In this document: positions 9,785 to 19,645 of the stretch, one piece after another
Layout: every line of letters begins with the position of its first letter
Numbering within the stretch: the first letter of the stretch is position 1
Assembly: GCA_963835575.1 (NCBI GenBank)
Contig: CAWIGG010000004.1
Coordinates: 32,001-96,000, forward strand
Source: an uncultured Spirochaetota bacterium
Lineage (GTDB): Bacteria > Spirochaetota > Brevinematia > Brevinematales > JAOACQ01
Reading direction: 5' to 3'
Length of the DNA: 64,000 nucleotides
Notes under the pieces: generated by a model
What the model was told of the DNA's origin: nothing
The model's input: only the letters and a program-made list of their open reading frames with translations
The model's database searches: none
Made by a program: the position numbers and the translations under genes

Positions 9785-10569
9785 ATCAAATTCATCCCAC
9801 TGCTATCATCAGAGAGAATGTCAAACTGGGAGAAAATGTTATCATTCATCCTTATTCGGTTTTAGATGGAGATGTTGAGATTGGGAACGATTGTGTTATA
9901 GGTCCTATGTCTCATATCAAAGGATGGGTTAAAATAGGAAAAAACACTTCAATTCATTCCTTTTCAACAATCGGCGACGACCCGCAGGACTATTCGTTTA
10001 ACGGCGAGCCGGGATTGATAGAAATCGGCGAGAATTGCTTAATCCGCGAAGGTGTTACCATCAATACGCCGGTCCATGGGGATCAGGGAGAAAAAACAAT
10101 CATCGGCAATAATGTCTTTCTAATGATTAATTCCCATGTCGGCCACAATTCTAAAGTTGGAGATAACAGCATCCTGGTCAATGGAACACTGCTGGCCGGT
10201 TATGTGACTGTTGAAGAAAATGTAGTGACATCAGGAAATGTTGCTATCCATCAATTCTGCAGAGTTGGCGGTTTTGTTATGATTGGAGGTTTGAGCAAGG
10301 TTGTTCAGGATATACCTCCTTACTTTATGGCTGATGGAAACCCGGCAGTAGGGCATGGGCTCAATTCTATCGGCCTGAAAAGAAAAGGTTTCAACCAGGA
10401 ACAAAGAAATGTCATTAAAGATGCATATAAAATACTCTATTCCGGGAAGCTTCGCAAAGAAGTTTTAGAGGAACTAAAAGAGAAATATTCTCAAAGTGAA
10501 ATGATCAACCGTATTATTCAATTTGTAGAAAATTCAAAACGCGGAATAATCAAATATAATGAAGATTAA
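9781..10569 (+). CDS. lpxA: Acyl-ACP--UDP-N-acetylglucosamine O-acyltransferase
   Basis: IHPTAII, hexapeptide repeats, PQD, HVGHN, IHQFCRVG, QDIPP. Confidence 0.93.
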   Translation: MNQIHPTAIIRENVKLGENVIIHPYSVLDGDVEIGNDCVIGPMSHIKGWVKIGKNTSIHSFSTIGDDPQDYSFNGEPGLIEIGENCLIREGVTINTPVHGDQGEKTIIGNNVFLMINSHVGHNSKVGDNSILVNGTLLAGYVTVEENVVTSGNVAIHQFCRVGGFVMIGGLSKVVQDIPPYFMADGNPAVGHGLNSIGLKRKGFNQEQRNVIKDAYKILYSGKLRKEVLEELKEKYSQSEMINRIIQFVENSKRGIIKYNED

Positions 10570-11707
10570 TACAATTTTTGTTTCGGCAGGGGAAGTTTCA
10601 GGCGATATTCATGCAGCAGATCTTATGCAAAAACTCAAGAAATACAATCCCGCTATCCGGTTTGTCGGTCTCGGCGGAAAGAATATGATTTCAGCCGGCC
10701 TCAATTCCATTGCGGAAGATGTTTCAACTCTCAGCACAATGGGTTTAACCGCTCCTCTTCGCTTTTACTTTAAAAAATACAATTTATATAAAACCGCTCT
10801 TAAATATCTGAAAACAAATAAAATCACAGCTCTCATAATGGTCGATAATCAGGGCTTTAATATCCCTCTTGCAAAAGCCGCAAAAAAACTGAATATTTTC
10901 ACAATTTACTATTTTCCTCCCCATGTTTCCATCTGGGGAAAATGGAATGCCCCGATTCTAGCAAAAAATACCGATTTGATTATCGCTCCTTTTCATCACG
11001 ATTATTTAGTATATAAACAATATACCGGTAAAGTGTTTTTTTTCGGCCATCCTCTTCTTGATAAAATTACCGGCACAAAAAAGCCGCAGTCTATTTATAA
11101 AAAATACGGCCTGGACCCTAAGAAAAAGATTGTCTCCATTATGCCCGGCAGCCGTTATCAGGAATTAGAAACGCTCCTTCAGCCGATGCTGGATGCGAGT
11201 AGAATATTGATTGAAAATCATCATATCCAGATCATATTACCAGTCTCACACAAAGATTTTGAACCTTATATCATTAAAAAATTAAAAGAAAATAAACTTA
11301 TCAAAAAAATTAAAATAATAAAAAATGATTCTTACTCTGCCATGCGGATAGCCGATGTGAATATCCTCGCCTCAGGAACAGCATCTCTTGAATCGGTACT
11401 CCTAAAAAAGCCGCCTGTCATCTGTTATAAAATCTCGGCGAGTTCATTTTTTATCGGGAAACTGCTGGTAAAGAATAAAATGATCGGGCTTCCGAATATT
11501 ATTCTTAATAAAAAAATCTTTCCCGAGCTTCTTCAAAAAGGATGCTCTGCTGAAAATATGGTAAAGGAAGCGCTTTCATTTATTTATCCTGATAAAGCAA
11601 AAAAGTCGAAATTGTCAACCTATTATAATGAAATTAAAAAAAAGCTGGGTGAAAGACCGGTAATCAGCAAAGCCGCGGAATTGATCTATAAAAGGATTTT
11701 TGAATGA
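10559..11707 (+). CDS. lpxB: Lipid-A-disaccharide synthase
   Basis: SAGEVSGDIH, GHPLLD, MPGSR, ASGTASLE, IGLPNII, PELLQ. Confidence 0.93.
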   Translation: MKINTIFVSAGEVSGDIHAADLMQKLKKYNPAIRFVGLGGKNMISAGLNSIAEDVSTLSTMGLTAPLRFYFKKYNLYKTALKYLKTNKITALIMVDNQGFNIPLAKAAKKLNIFTIYYFPPHVSIWGKWNAPILAKNTDLIIAPFHHDYLVYKQYTGKVFFFGHPLLDKITGTKKPQSIYKKYGLDPKKKIVSIMPGSRYQELETLLQPMLDASRILIENHHIQIILPVSHKDFEPYIIKKLKENKLIKKIKIIKNDSYSAMRIADVNILASGTASLESVLLKKPPVICYKISASSFFIGKLLVKNKMIGLPNIILNKKIFPELLQKGCSAENMVKEALSFIYPDKAKKSKLSTYYNEIKKKLGERPVISKAAELIYKRIFE

Positions 11708-12105
11708 GCCGGATATTGGGAATAGACTACGGCAGCAAAAGGATAGGGCTTGCTATATCGGACAAACTCCGTATTGTTTCTTCTCCGCTGGCTGTTTTAC
11801 CGAATAATATTATATTCCCTGAAGAGCTAAAGAAAATCTGCACAAAATATCAAGTCAATAAAATTGTCATAGGTTATCCCTATTCTGAGAAATATACTGA
11901 AGCTTCCGAAGATGTCATGAGATTTTCTCAAGAATTAAAAAAATATATCAATATTGATATTGATTTTCAAAATGAGGAAAATAGTTCGATTTATTCTGAA
12001 AGTCTTCTTAAATCAATGGGAATTAAAGAAAAAAAAATTAAAGCATCGCTCGATAAATATGCGGCTCAAAAAATACTGGAAGATTATTTAAAATCAAAAT
12101 GTTAA
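11704..12105 (+). CDS. ruvX: Holliday junction resolvase-like RuvX/YqgF
   Basis: ILGIDYGSKRIGLAISD; LDKYAAQKILEDYL. Confidence 0.9.
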   Translation: MSRILGIDYGSKRIGLAISDKLRIVSSPLAVLPNNIIFPEELKKICTKYQVNKIVIGYPYSEKYTEASEDVMRFSQELKKYINIDIDFQNEENSSIYSESLLKSMGIKEKKIKASLDKYAAQKILEDYLKSKC

Positions 12106-12418
12106 ACAGGCTGAGACTGGTTCTAAAAACCAAGATTTTTTAAAATATCATTAAAATTGATTTGACAAATTAATCGTAATAAAAAAAGATTCAAAAAATA
12201 TATCAATTGTTTATAATGAGCTTTCAATATTATATTAGAAAAACTAATAATATTTTTGAATTTTTCCTGTGATAGTTTGTTTTTTCATTAGATATTAATT
12301 AAATTCAAATTGGTATTTATTAAAAGCCCTTAAAAAGTCAAGTGTCTCTATTTTATGACACCTGTTAACAGATCAAAAGATATCTTATTCCAGTGTCAGA
12401 AATAAGAGAGTAATATTG

Positions 12419-12434
12419 TGGCATAGTATTTGCC
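12419..12434 (+). promoter_or_regulatory. Candidate sigma54 (-24/-12) promoter upstream of lpxC
   Basis: TGGCATAGTATTTGCC gives GG-N10-GC; lies inside a 27-bp inverted repeat (12414-12440). Confidence 0.55.
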
Positions 12435-12496
12435 ACAATACATTAGGATTATTTATGCAATAATTACTCGGTTTTTTAATTTTTTTGGAGATATTA

Positions 12497-13426
12497 ATGC
12501 GAAAGCAAAGAACCTTAAAAAGCAACATAGAATTTCAGGGAATCGGCCTTCACAGTGGTCACGCCTGCCAGGTCTTCGTAAAACCTGCCCCTGAAGATAC
12601 AGGAATCGTTTTCCTGAGTAAAAGCGGAGCGACAAATCAATTCATTCCTTATAATGTTGAAAACGTTGTTGATACACAAAATAATGTTTCTATCAGCAAC
12701 GGCAAAGCGCTTATTAAAACAGTGGAACATTTAGTTTCCGCTCTTTACGCCTTTCATATTGATAACTGCATTATAGAGTGCGGCTCAAATGAAATACCAA
12801 TTCTTGACGGCAGTGCCCAGTCATTTGTTAAAAGCATAATCCAGTCGGGCATTATTGAACAAACAAAAAATAGAGAAGAATTTAGAATAATCAATCCCAT
12901 CTGGGCCACTTTAGACGATAAATTTATTGTTGCTCTTCCCTACAACGGATTTAAACTCAGTTATACTATTTCTTTTCCGGATTCGCCAATCGGAACTCAA
13001 ACCTATAATACAGAAGTGAATACAGAGAATTTTGTAAATCAGATATCAGAGGCCAGAACATTCGGCTTTATTGAAGACCTTGAGAATTATAAGAAAAGCG
13101 GCTTGGTTCTCGGCGTTAATTTCGATAATGTCCAGGCTTACAGTAAAAAGGAAAATAAAGTACTCAATTCATCCCGCTATCATGATGAACCTGTCAGGCA
13201 CAAAATTCTGGATTTAATCGGAAGTCTTGGTCTTCTCAATTTCGATATAAAAGGCTTTATAATCGCTTATAAAGCCGGCCATACCATTGATGTCATGTTT
13301 GCAAAAAAGGTAATGAATATCTCGACCGGCCTCAATAAAATCCAGTCTGATCATTACTATCAAAGAGAGGGTAATTATTACTATCAGACCGCTAACATTA
13401 GCGATAATATTAAGATGCCCTCTTAA
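12497..13426 (+). CDS. lpxC: UDP-3-O-acyl-N-acetylglucosamine deacetylase
   Basis: QRTL, GIGLHSG, TVEHL, PILDGSA, ARTFGF, RHKILD, KAGH. Confidence 0.93.
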   Translation: MRKQRTLKSNIEFQGIGLHSGHACQVFVKPAPEDTGIVFLSKSGATNQFIPYNVENVVDTQNNVSISNGKALIKTVEHLVSALYAFHIDNCIIECGSNEIPILDGSAQSFVKSIIQSGIIEQTKNREEFRIINPIWATLDDKFIVALPYNGFKLSYTISFPDSPIGTQTYNTEVNTENFVNQISEARTFGFIEDLENYKKSGLVLGVNFDNVQAYSKKENKVLNSSRYHDEPVRHKILDLIGSLGLLNFDIKGFIIAYKAGHTIDVMFAKKVMNISTGLNKIQSDHYYQREGNYYYQTANISDNIKMPS

Positions 13427-13584
13427 TTAATTCCTTAATAATATCAATCTTTTTTATAATAACTTAATGCCTGTCAATAAGTTAAAGCAAGAGCTTTATT
13501 AAATCTAATGTTAAAAAGTAAGCTGCAAGTGTATTAAAAAGCACCCGATCCGGGAAAAATACCTTTTTTAATCTCTTTAAAGAT

Positions 13585-13613
13585 TTGACAAACAAGCTAA
13601 GAAATTTTACAAT
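13585..13613 (+). promoter_or_regulatory. Sigma70 promoter of the rpsP operon
   Basis: TTGACA-17 bp-TACAAT. Confidence 0.7.
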
Positions 13614-13646
13614 AATGACTCGAATTTTATGAATGGGAGGATTCCA

Positions 13647-13889
13647 TTGGCTACTCATATTAGATTGAAAAAGATTGGAAAATCGAAAAGGCCCTATTAT
13701 CGAATAGTAGTATTGGACAGCCGTGCTCCCCGTGATGGAGCTTATATAGACTGCCTTGGACATTACCAGCCGATTGAAGATGCCATCAACACTAATATTG
13801 ATTTGCAAAAATACGAAGAATGGATAAAAAAGGGTGCAAAGGTCAGTAATATCGTACGGGATATTGTTAAACGCGCTCGAAAAGCATAG
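13647..13889 (+). CDS. rpsP: 30S ribosomal protein S16
   Basis: IRLKKIG...PYYRIVV.DSRAPRDG; GGAGG SD before TTG start. Confidence 0.96.
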   Translation: MATHIRLKKIGKSKRPYYRIVVLDSRAPRDGAYIDCLGHYQPIEDAINTNIDLQKYEEWIKKGAKVSNIVRDIVKRARKA

Positions 13890-13928
13890 TTTAATATTCT
13901 ATTTAATAAGGATAAGGGGTATTACGCA

Positions 13929-14165
13929 ATGAAAGAGAAAGAGATTGTAGAATTAATAGTTACAAGTCTGGTGGACGATCCAACAGCAGTGAGTATTAAT
14001 GTCATTGACGGAGAGAAATCTACTATCTTAGAGCTTAAAGTCGGGCAGGGTGAAGTCGGTAAAGTCATCGGCAGGCATGGCGTTATTGCGAAATCAATTC
14101 GGACTATTGTTAACGCAGTATCAGTTAAAAATGGGCGAAGGGTAATACTAGAAATCCTGGATTAG
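13929..14165 (+). CDS. khpA: KH domain RNA-binding protein
   Basis: LVDDP...VGKVIGRHG...IRTIV; canonical position after rpsP. Confidence 0.9.
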   Translation: MKEKEIVELIVTSLVDDPTAVSINVIDGEKSTILELKVGQGEVGKVIGRHGVIAKSIRTIVNAVSVKNGRRVILEILD

Positions 14166-14169
14166 GAAA

Positions 14170-14679
14170 ATGGATTATCTTTCTATAGGAAAACTTGTTA
14201 AACCATACGGATTAAAAGGTCTGATTAAGACCGATTTTTATATAGATGATTTTAAAGATCTCAAGAGTTTTTCCCGTTTTTATATCGTAAATAAAATTGA
14301 GAACAGTGGTTATAAAGAGATCGTTTTTGAAAAAGTGACTCTGATGAACGGACGTTTTATAGTGAAAGTGGCCGGTTGTTCAGACAGAAACGAAGCGGAG
14401 CTTTTACGCAACAGGGAAATTTTCGTAGACGAGGCAGAGCTGCCGGAATTAAAGAAAGATGTTTTCTATATAAAAGATTTACAGGATTTGGAAGTTTATC
14501 ACAAAGGGACAGCAATAGGAAAAGTATCAAATGTCCTCTTTATAGCGAATAAAACTATGCTGATTGTGAAATTATCAAATAGTAGAGAAATTGTCTTTCC
14601 CTTTGAAAGCAAATATGTAGAAAAAGTGGAATTAAAAGATAAAGCTGTTTATGCTCAAAATATAGAGGATTTTTTTTAA
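14170..14679 (+). CDS. rimM: Ribosome maturation factor RimM
   Basis: IGKLVKPYGLKG, DRNEAELLR, FYIKDL; synteny. Confidence 0.92.
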   Translation: MDYLSIGKLVKPYGLKGLIKTDFYIDDFKDLKSFSRFYIVNKIENSGYKEIVFEKVTLMNGRFIVKVAGCSDRNEAELLRNREIFVDEAELPELKKDVFYIKDLQDLEVYHKGTAIGKVSNVLFIANKTMLIVKLSNSREIVFPFESKYVEKVELKDKAVYAQNIEDFF

Positions 14680-14690
14680 GAGAGATAAAC

Positions 14691-15506
14691 GTGGTAATTA
14701 ATATCGTTACCATTTTCCCGGAAATGATAACGGAATACCTCAAATACGGCATTATTTCAAGAGCCCTTAAAGAAGGGCTTCTCGGAGTAAATATATATAA
14801 CCTGCGGGATTTCGCCATCAATAAGAGAGGCCAGATTGATGATGGTATTTTCGGGCACGGCAAGGGAATGTTATTCCGCCCGGAACCGTTATATAAAGCT
14901 ATATCTGAAATTAAGAACAAGTTTCCCTCGAGTAAAGTCGTTTATTTAACTCCTCAGGGAAAGAGATTTAATAATTTTATGGCCAGGGAATTTTCTAAGC
15001 AGGAAAGCATAATTTTGATTTCAGCCCGTTATGAGGGCATTGATTCGCGTATTGAAGAAATGATAGTAGATGAGACGGTTTCAATCGGCGACTATGTTTT
15101 AACAGGCGGGGAATTGCCTGCGTTAATCACCCTGGATGCAGTAAGCCGTTTTGTAAAAGGTTCTATAAAAGAAAGTTCGGCACAGGATGAAAGTTTTGAG
15201 AACGGTCTTCTTGAGTACAGCCATTTTACAGAACCGCTGGAATTTAATGGATTAATAGTTCCCGAGGCATTAAGAAATGGGAATCATAATGAAATGGCAA
15301 AAATAAGACTGAAAAGCAGTTTGAAAAAGACTTATTTTAACAGAATTGATCTCCTGTTTGATTATAAACCGGAATTCAATACCGGAAACACGAAAGACGG
15401 ATTAAAGAAACTCAAACGCGAGAATTCGCAAATGGCGGAATTCGTAAAAACTATACAAAATATCTCTAAGGAGTGGAAAGATGGCAGAAGAAACACAGTT
15501 AAATAA
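14691..15506 (+). CDS. trmD: tRNA (guanine37-N1)-methyltransferase
   Basis: [30 protein letters not shown]. Confidence 0.95.
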   Translation: MVINIVTIFPEMITEYLKYGIISRALKEGLLGVNIYNLRDFAINKRGQIDDGIFGHGKGMLFRPEPLYKAISEIKNKFPSSKVVYLTPQGKRFNNFMAREFSKQESIILISARYEGIDSRIEEMIVDETVSIGDYVLTGGELPALITLDAVSRFVKGSIKESSAQDESFENGLLEYSHFTEPLEFNGLIVPEALRNGNHNEMAKIRLKSSLKKTYFNRIDLLFDYKPEFNTGNTKDGLKKLKRENSQMAEFVKTIQNISKEWKDGRRNTVK

Positions 15507-15978
15507 AGAGGCCGCGGAAGAGCAGAAACCAGAGGAAAATAATGCTGCTGCAGAAGCTGCGGAAACGGTAATTGCCGAGACCGCTAAAGTTGAAGAGCCT
15601 AAACCTGAAGTGAAAAAAGTCAAAAATTCTATTCTTGAAATTGAAAAATCCTTACTGGCTGAAAATAATAACGCTGCCAAATACCCGGTTTTTACAGCCG
15701 GCGATACTGTTAAGGTTTATGTCAAGATCATTGAAGGCGATAAACAGAGAATTCAGCCTTATGAGGGTGTTGTTATTGCCATCAGGCATGGCGGCGCGAG
15801 AAAAAGCTTTATCGTCCGAAGGATCAGTTACGGCGTCGCTATTGAAAGAGTATTTCCATTTTATTCAACTTTTATTCAAAAGATCGAGCTGGTCAGGAAA
15901 GGCCGTGTCCGAAGGGCTAAGCTCTATTACCTCCGCGGACGTTTCGGTAAATCCGCAGTCATTACCGAAAAAGTATAG
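15481..15978 (+). CDS. rplS: 50S ribosomal protein L19 with acidic N-terminal extension
   Basis: GDTVKV...[10 protein letters not shown]...[12 protein letters not shown]. Confidence 0.96.
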   Translation: MAEETQLNKEAAEEQKPEENNAAAEAAETVIAETAKVEEPKPEVKKVKNSILEIEKSLLAENNNAAKYPVFTAGDTVKVYVKIIEGDKQRIQPYEGVVIAIRHGGARKSFIVRRISYGVAIERVFPFYSTFIQKIELVRKGRVRRAKLYYLRGRFGKSAVITEKV

Positions 15979-15981
15979 AAA

Positions 15982-16587
15982 ATGAAAATTCCTCCTGTTA
16001 TAAGCATTCTCGAATACGAAAAGGATCTTTGGCAGCAGGGATTTCAGCATATCGCAGGAATTGATGAGGCCGGCAGGGGCCCTCTCGCAGGGCCCGTCGT
16101 TTCGGGTTGCGTCATATTCCGCCCCTATGTTGCCCTTGAAGGTGTTTACGATTCTAAAGCGCTAACTCCTCAGAAGCGAAGCGAATTATATGAGATTATA
16201 CTGAATAATTGTGCCGGATACGGCTTGGGTATTGTAGATAATGAAACTATTGATCAAATCAATATCCTTGAAGCCACAAAGCTTTCCATGCTGAAAGCTG
16301 TACAGAGTTTAAAGATAAATCCGGATTTTATTCTAATAGACGCCGTCTCTATCAAAAGCAATATACCTTATAAATCAATTATTAAAGGCGATCAGAAAAG
16401 CTTTACCATAGCCGCGGCCTCTATTATCGCAAAAGTATACCGCGACCGGCTGATGGATAATCTGCATGAAGAATATCCCCATTACCTATGGAATAAAAAC
16501 AAGGGTTATGGCACTGAAGAGCACAGAAAGGCCATACATGAGCATGGATTATCACCCTATCACCGGAAAAGTTTTACTGTTAAGTAA
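15982..16587 (+). CDS. rnhB: Ribonuclease HII
   Basis: GIDEAGRGPLAGPV, DSK, IIKGD, IAAASIIAKV, KGYGT, HRKSF. Confidence 0.96.
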   Translation: MKIPPVISILEYEKDLWQQGFQHIAGIDEAGRGPLAGPVVSGCVIFRPYVALEGVYDSKALTPQKRSELYEIILNNCAGYGLGIVDNETIDQINILEATKLSMLKAVQSLKINPDFILIDAVSIKSNIPYKSIIKGDQKSFTIAAASIIAKVYRDRLMDNLHEEYPHYLWNKNKGYGTEEHRKAIHEHGLSPYHRKSFTVK

Positions 16588-16590
16588 TTT

Positions 16591-17991
16591 TTAATCCAGT
16601 CTGCGGTATTCATATAAAGATAATGATTTGATGACAGGCGATGCGGCGGCATTTTTAATCAACTCTCCCAATGTTTTCTTTGCTTCAATCTTTTTCCCGT
16701 CCTTTATATCTCTTATCGAGTTTTCATATTCAATAAATTCCTTTTCATATGAAGCCGGCTGTCCTTCATTAAGGCCGGGATTATATTGGTCTTCTTTTGA
16801 AAATATATAAGCATGAGACAAAGGCGCTTGAATGCCGGAAATATTTCTCTTATAAGTTAATGATTTTTGAATAATGTTTATCACGGCATTTATATTTTCC
16901 CTATTATTATAATATGTAAAAACCAGGAGCATCGCCTCCAGACTGAACTGCTTTTGAAAATCCTTCATCAGCATATAAGATTCCATTCCATGAATGCCGT
17001 TAGTAATATTATTACCGCATTCCAGAAAGCTCGAGTAAAAAAAGTAAGCATCCGGGGCTTTCATCTGGAACAGCTCTTTCTGGGCATTAAATCTATCGTT
17101 ATTACCCAGCCTGCAGAGAAAGCGAAGTTCGGAAAGATCGTAATTATTCCTGAAAAAGACTTTTTCCAGCCAGTTCAGACATTGTGTATAATTTTCCGTC
17201 CTGAAATAGGAATAAGCCAGAATATAAGGAAGGTCAATCCTTATGTTTTTTAAATTATTTGCATTGGAAGCCGTTTCCCGAATAATCCAGTTGGTCATGT
17301 TCAATACAGCCTCATAATCCCCTCTTATAAAATCAGAAGCGATGGAATACGTCAGAATATCGGGCTCTTCCAGACCATAAACTTTGAGCAGATTCCGGAT
17401 ATCTCTCTGCTTAATCATCCAGCTTCTTATTATATATTCCAAAACTTCTACCTTCGGGACCGTCTGGCGCATCTCACTCATTTCAAGAAATCTATCAAAC
17501 TCATCAATCTTCTGAAATTTTATATAGCTGTTAGCCAGAATAAAAAACATATTCGTATTACTCAGAGAAGTGAGAGCTCTATAAATAAAGTTCGTTTCTA
17601 CAATGAACGGGGCATATTTTTCCACAACAGACTGGAGAGAATAAAATTTCAGATAATTATCCAGGTCTATAGTAAAATCAGTGTCATCAGGAGAGATAAA
17701 ATTCATGAGCATTTTTTCTGAAGCGCTTTCAGCCGAAAGCGGTATTATATTGAGAAATTCCGAATAAAGATTATAGCTCTGCTTTTCAAAAAGAATATTT
17801 TTTATCTCCAGTAATTTATAATTTCCGCTCTGATAGAGATTTGTTAATATTGAGACGGCTCTCATACTGTCTTTCGGATATATTTCAATAGATAACTCAA
17901 TTTCGCTTGATCTGTCGTCTCCATAGGACGCGCTGAAAAGAAAAATGGCAGTCAATAAACAATAGAGATTATATTTAAAATAATTCTTCAT
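16591..17991 (-). CDS. Hypothetical exported protein
   Basis: Long ORF with signal-peptide-like N-terminus from ATG 17991. Confidence 0.65.
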   Translation of the reverse strand: MKNYFKYNLYCLLTAIFLFSASYGDDRSSEIELSIEIYPKDSMRAVSILTNLYQSGNYKLLEIKNILFEKQSYNLYSEFLNIIPLSAESASEKMLMNFISPDDTDFTIDLDNYLKFYSLQSVVEKYAPFIVETNFIYRALTSLSNTNMFFILANSYIKFQKIDEFDRFLEMSEMRQTVPKVEVLEYIIRSWMIKQRDIRNLLKVYGLEEPDILTYSIASDFIRGDYEAVLNMTNWIIRETASNANNLKNIRIDLPYILAYSYFRTENYTQCLNWLEKVFFRNNYDLSELRFLCRLGNNDRFNAQKELFQMKAPDAYFFYSSFLECGNNITNGIHGMESYMLMKDFQKQFSLEAMLLVFTYYNNRENINAVINIIQKSLTYKRNISGIQAPLSHAYIFSKEDQYNPGLNEGQPASYEKEFIEYENSIRDIKDGKKIEAKKTLGELIKNAAASPVIKSLSLYEYRRLD

Positions 17992-18032
17992 AGTAAATAT
18001 TATAAATTGTAAAGAATTAAAACTCAATTCAT

Positions 18033-18061
18033 AAAAAAAGCGGGCATTTTCATGCCCGCTT
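18033..18061 (-). terminator. Intrinsic terminator after the htrA-family gene
   Basis: AAGCGGGCAT/ATGCCCGCTT stem followed by a U-run on the minus strand. Confidence 0.75.
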
Positions 18062-18077
18062 AACCGGTAATTACATT

Positions 18078-19565
18078 TTATTTTTCTATACCTCTATAGA
18101 TCATGAATCCATCCTGGATAACAAGGAAAGTAAATGTTTTATCATTTTTATTCTTTCCGGCAAATGCTTTTAAATCATTGATATTTTTAATGGGATCGCC
18201 GTTTATGCCTGCTATGATCTGCCCTTCGGATAAAATCCCATAAAGAATGCTGTCTTCTTTAATTTTTGTTACCAGAACACCGTAATCAGCGCCATTTTGC
18301 TCAAGCAAGCCTTGAGGAGCTTCCGAAAATGAAGCACCCATGAATTCGCAGGATTCAGCCGATTTCTGAGGTTCTTCATTGTTTCCCTTCTGTCCATTTC
18401 CCTTTGCAGTTAAATCCGGTCTTTCCATCAGCTTTATAGAAAATTCCGTTCTTTTTTTATCCCTTAAGACCTGTATTTTAATTGTGGCGCCGGGAGTTTC
18501 ACCGCCGACATCTGCCTGAAGCTCATCAGGCGTATTAACCGGATTACCGTTGATAGACAATATAATATCTCCCTTTTTAAGCCCTGCTTTTTCAGCCGGG
18601 CTGCCGTTCTCTATTTTGGAGACCATAACGCCTTCGTTATCCGCAAGCCCGAATAATTTTCTTGTTACGGAATCAATCGGTGTGATATTGATGCCGAGGT
18701 ACCCGCGCTCGACTTTTCCATGATCGATAATCTGGTTCGCTATATTTTTAACAATATTAATCGGTACGGAATACCCTATACCCTGGAATCCGCCGGTTTG
18801 CGATTGAATGGCAGTGTTTATCGCTATAACCTGCCCTTTAATATTGACAAGCGGCCCGCCGGAATTACCCGGGTTAATTGCGGCGTCTGTTTGAATAAAG
18901 CGCTGAAAACCAGAAACAAGGCCCGGTCTGCCTACCGCGCTGACAACCCCTGTCGTATAAGTACCGCTCAGACCGTAAGGATTTCCGACAGCGATGACCA
19001 GATCGCCTACCTGAACTTCACTAGAGTCGCCAAGCGATATTACCGGCAGATTATCAGCGTTTATTTTAAGTATGGCAATGTCCGTATCCGGATCCACTCC
19101 GACAACTTTTGCATTAAACTTTCTGTTATCAGCCAATATAACGACAACCTTTGTCGCGTCTTTTACAACATGATAATTGCTGAAAAGATAACCGTTTTTT
19201 GTCACAATGAAGCCTGATCCGAGCATCTGCAGTTTCTGCCTGTATTCTTTCGGACCAGTGTTTTCATCACCGAAAAACCTTCTGAAAAAAGGATCGTTTA
19301 AAAATTCCCTGTAAGGATTCTGAACGATCTGCTCGCTTTCCACACTGATGCTGACTACAGCAGGCATGATGGCTTTAGCTATACTTCGGTAAACATTCTG
19401 AAGTTTAACAGCCACATCCATTCCATCCACATTATCCAGCTGCTTATCCTGTGTTTCAAAAGAAAGCCCTTTTGAAAATATCGTATTGCAGGATATAAAG
19501 ATAACCACACCAGTTATTAAAACCAGTACTGCTGAAAGGGTTAATGCTTTTTTTATTCCTTTCAC
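18078..19565 (-). CDS. Do/DegQ/HtrA family serine endoprotease with PDZ domains
   Basis: LGSGFIV, SNYHVV, TDIAILK, IQTDAAINPGNSGGPL, two PDZ-like regions. Confidence 0.95.
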   Translation of the reverse strand: MKGIKKALTLSAVLVLITGVVIFISCNTIFSKGLSFETQDKQLDNVDGMDVAVKLQNVYRSIAKAIMPAVVSISVESEQIVQNPYREFLNDPFFRRFFGDENTGPKEYRQKLQMLGSGFIVTKNGYLFSNYHVVKDATKVVVILADNRKFNAKVVGVDPDTDIAILKINADNLPVISLGDSSEVQVGDLVIAVGNPYGLSGTYTTGVVSAVGRPGLVSGFQRFIQTDAAINPGNSGGPLVNIKGQVIAINTAIQSQTGGFQGIGYSVPINIVKNIANQIIDHGKVERGYLGINITPIDSVTRKLFGLADNEGVMVSKIENGSPAEKAGLKKGDIILSINGNPVNTPDELQADVGGETPGATIKIQVLRDKKRTEFSIKLMERPDLTAKGNGQKGNNEEPQKSAESCEFMGASFSEAPQGLLEQNGADYGVLVTKIKEDSILYGILSEGQIIAGINGDPIKNINDLKAFAGKNKNDKTFTFLVIQDGFMIYRGIEK

Positions 19566-19645
19566 TAAAATCCTCCTTTTTATATCTTTTTATATTTAAA
19601 AATATAATAAAATTTTAAAAAAACATCAAGTTACTAAATCCACAT

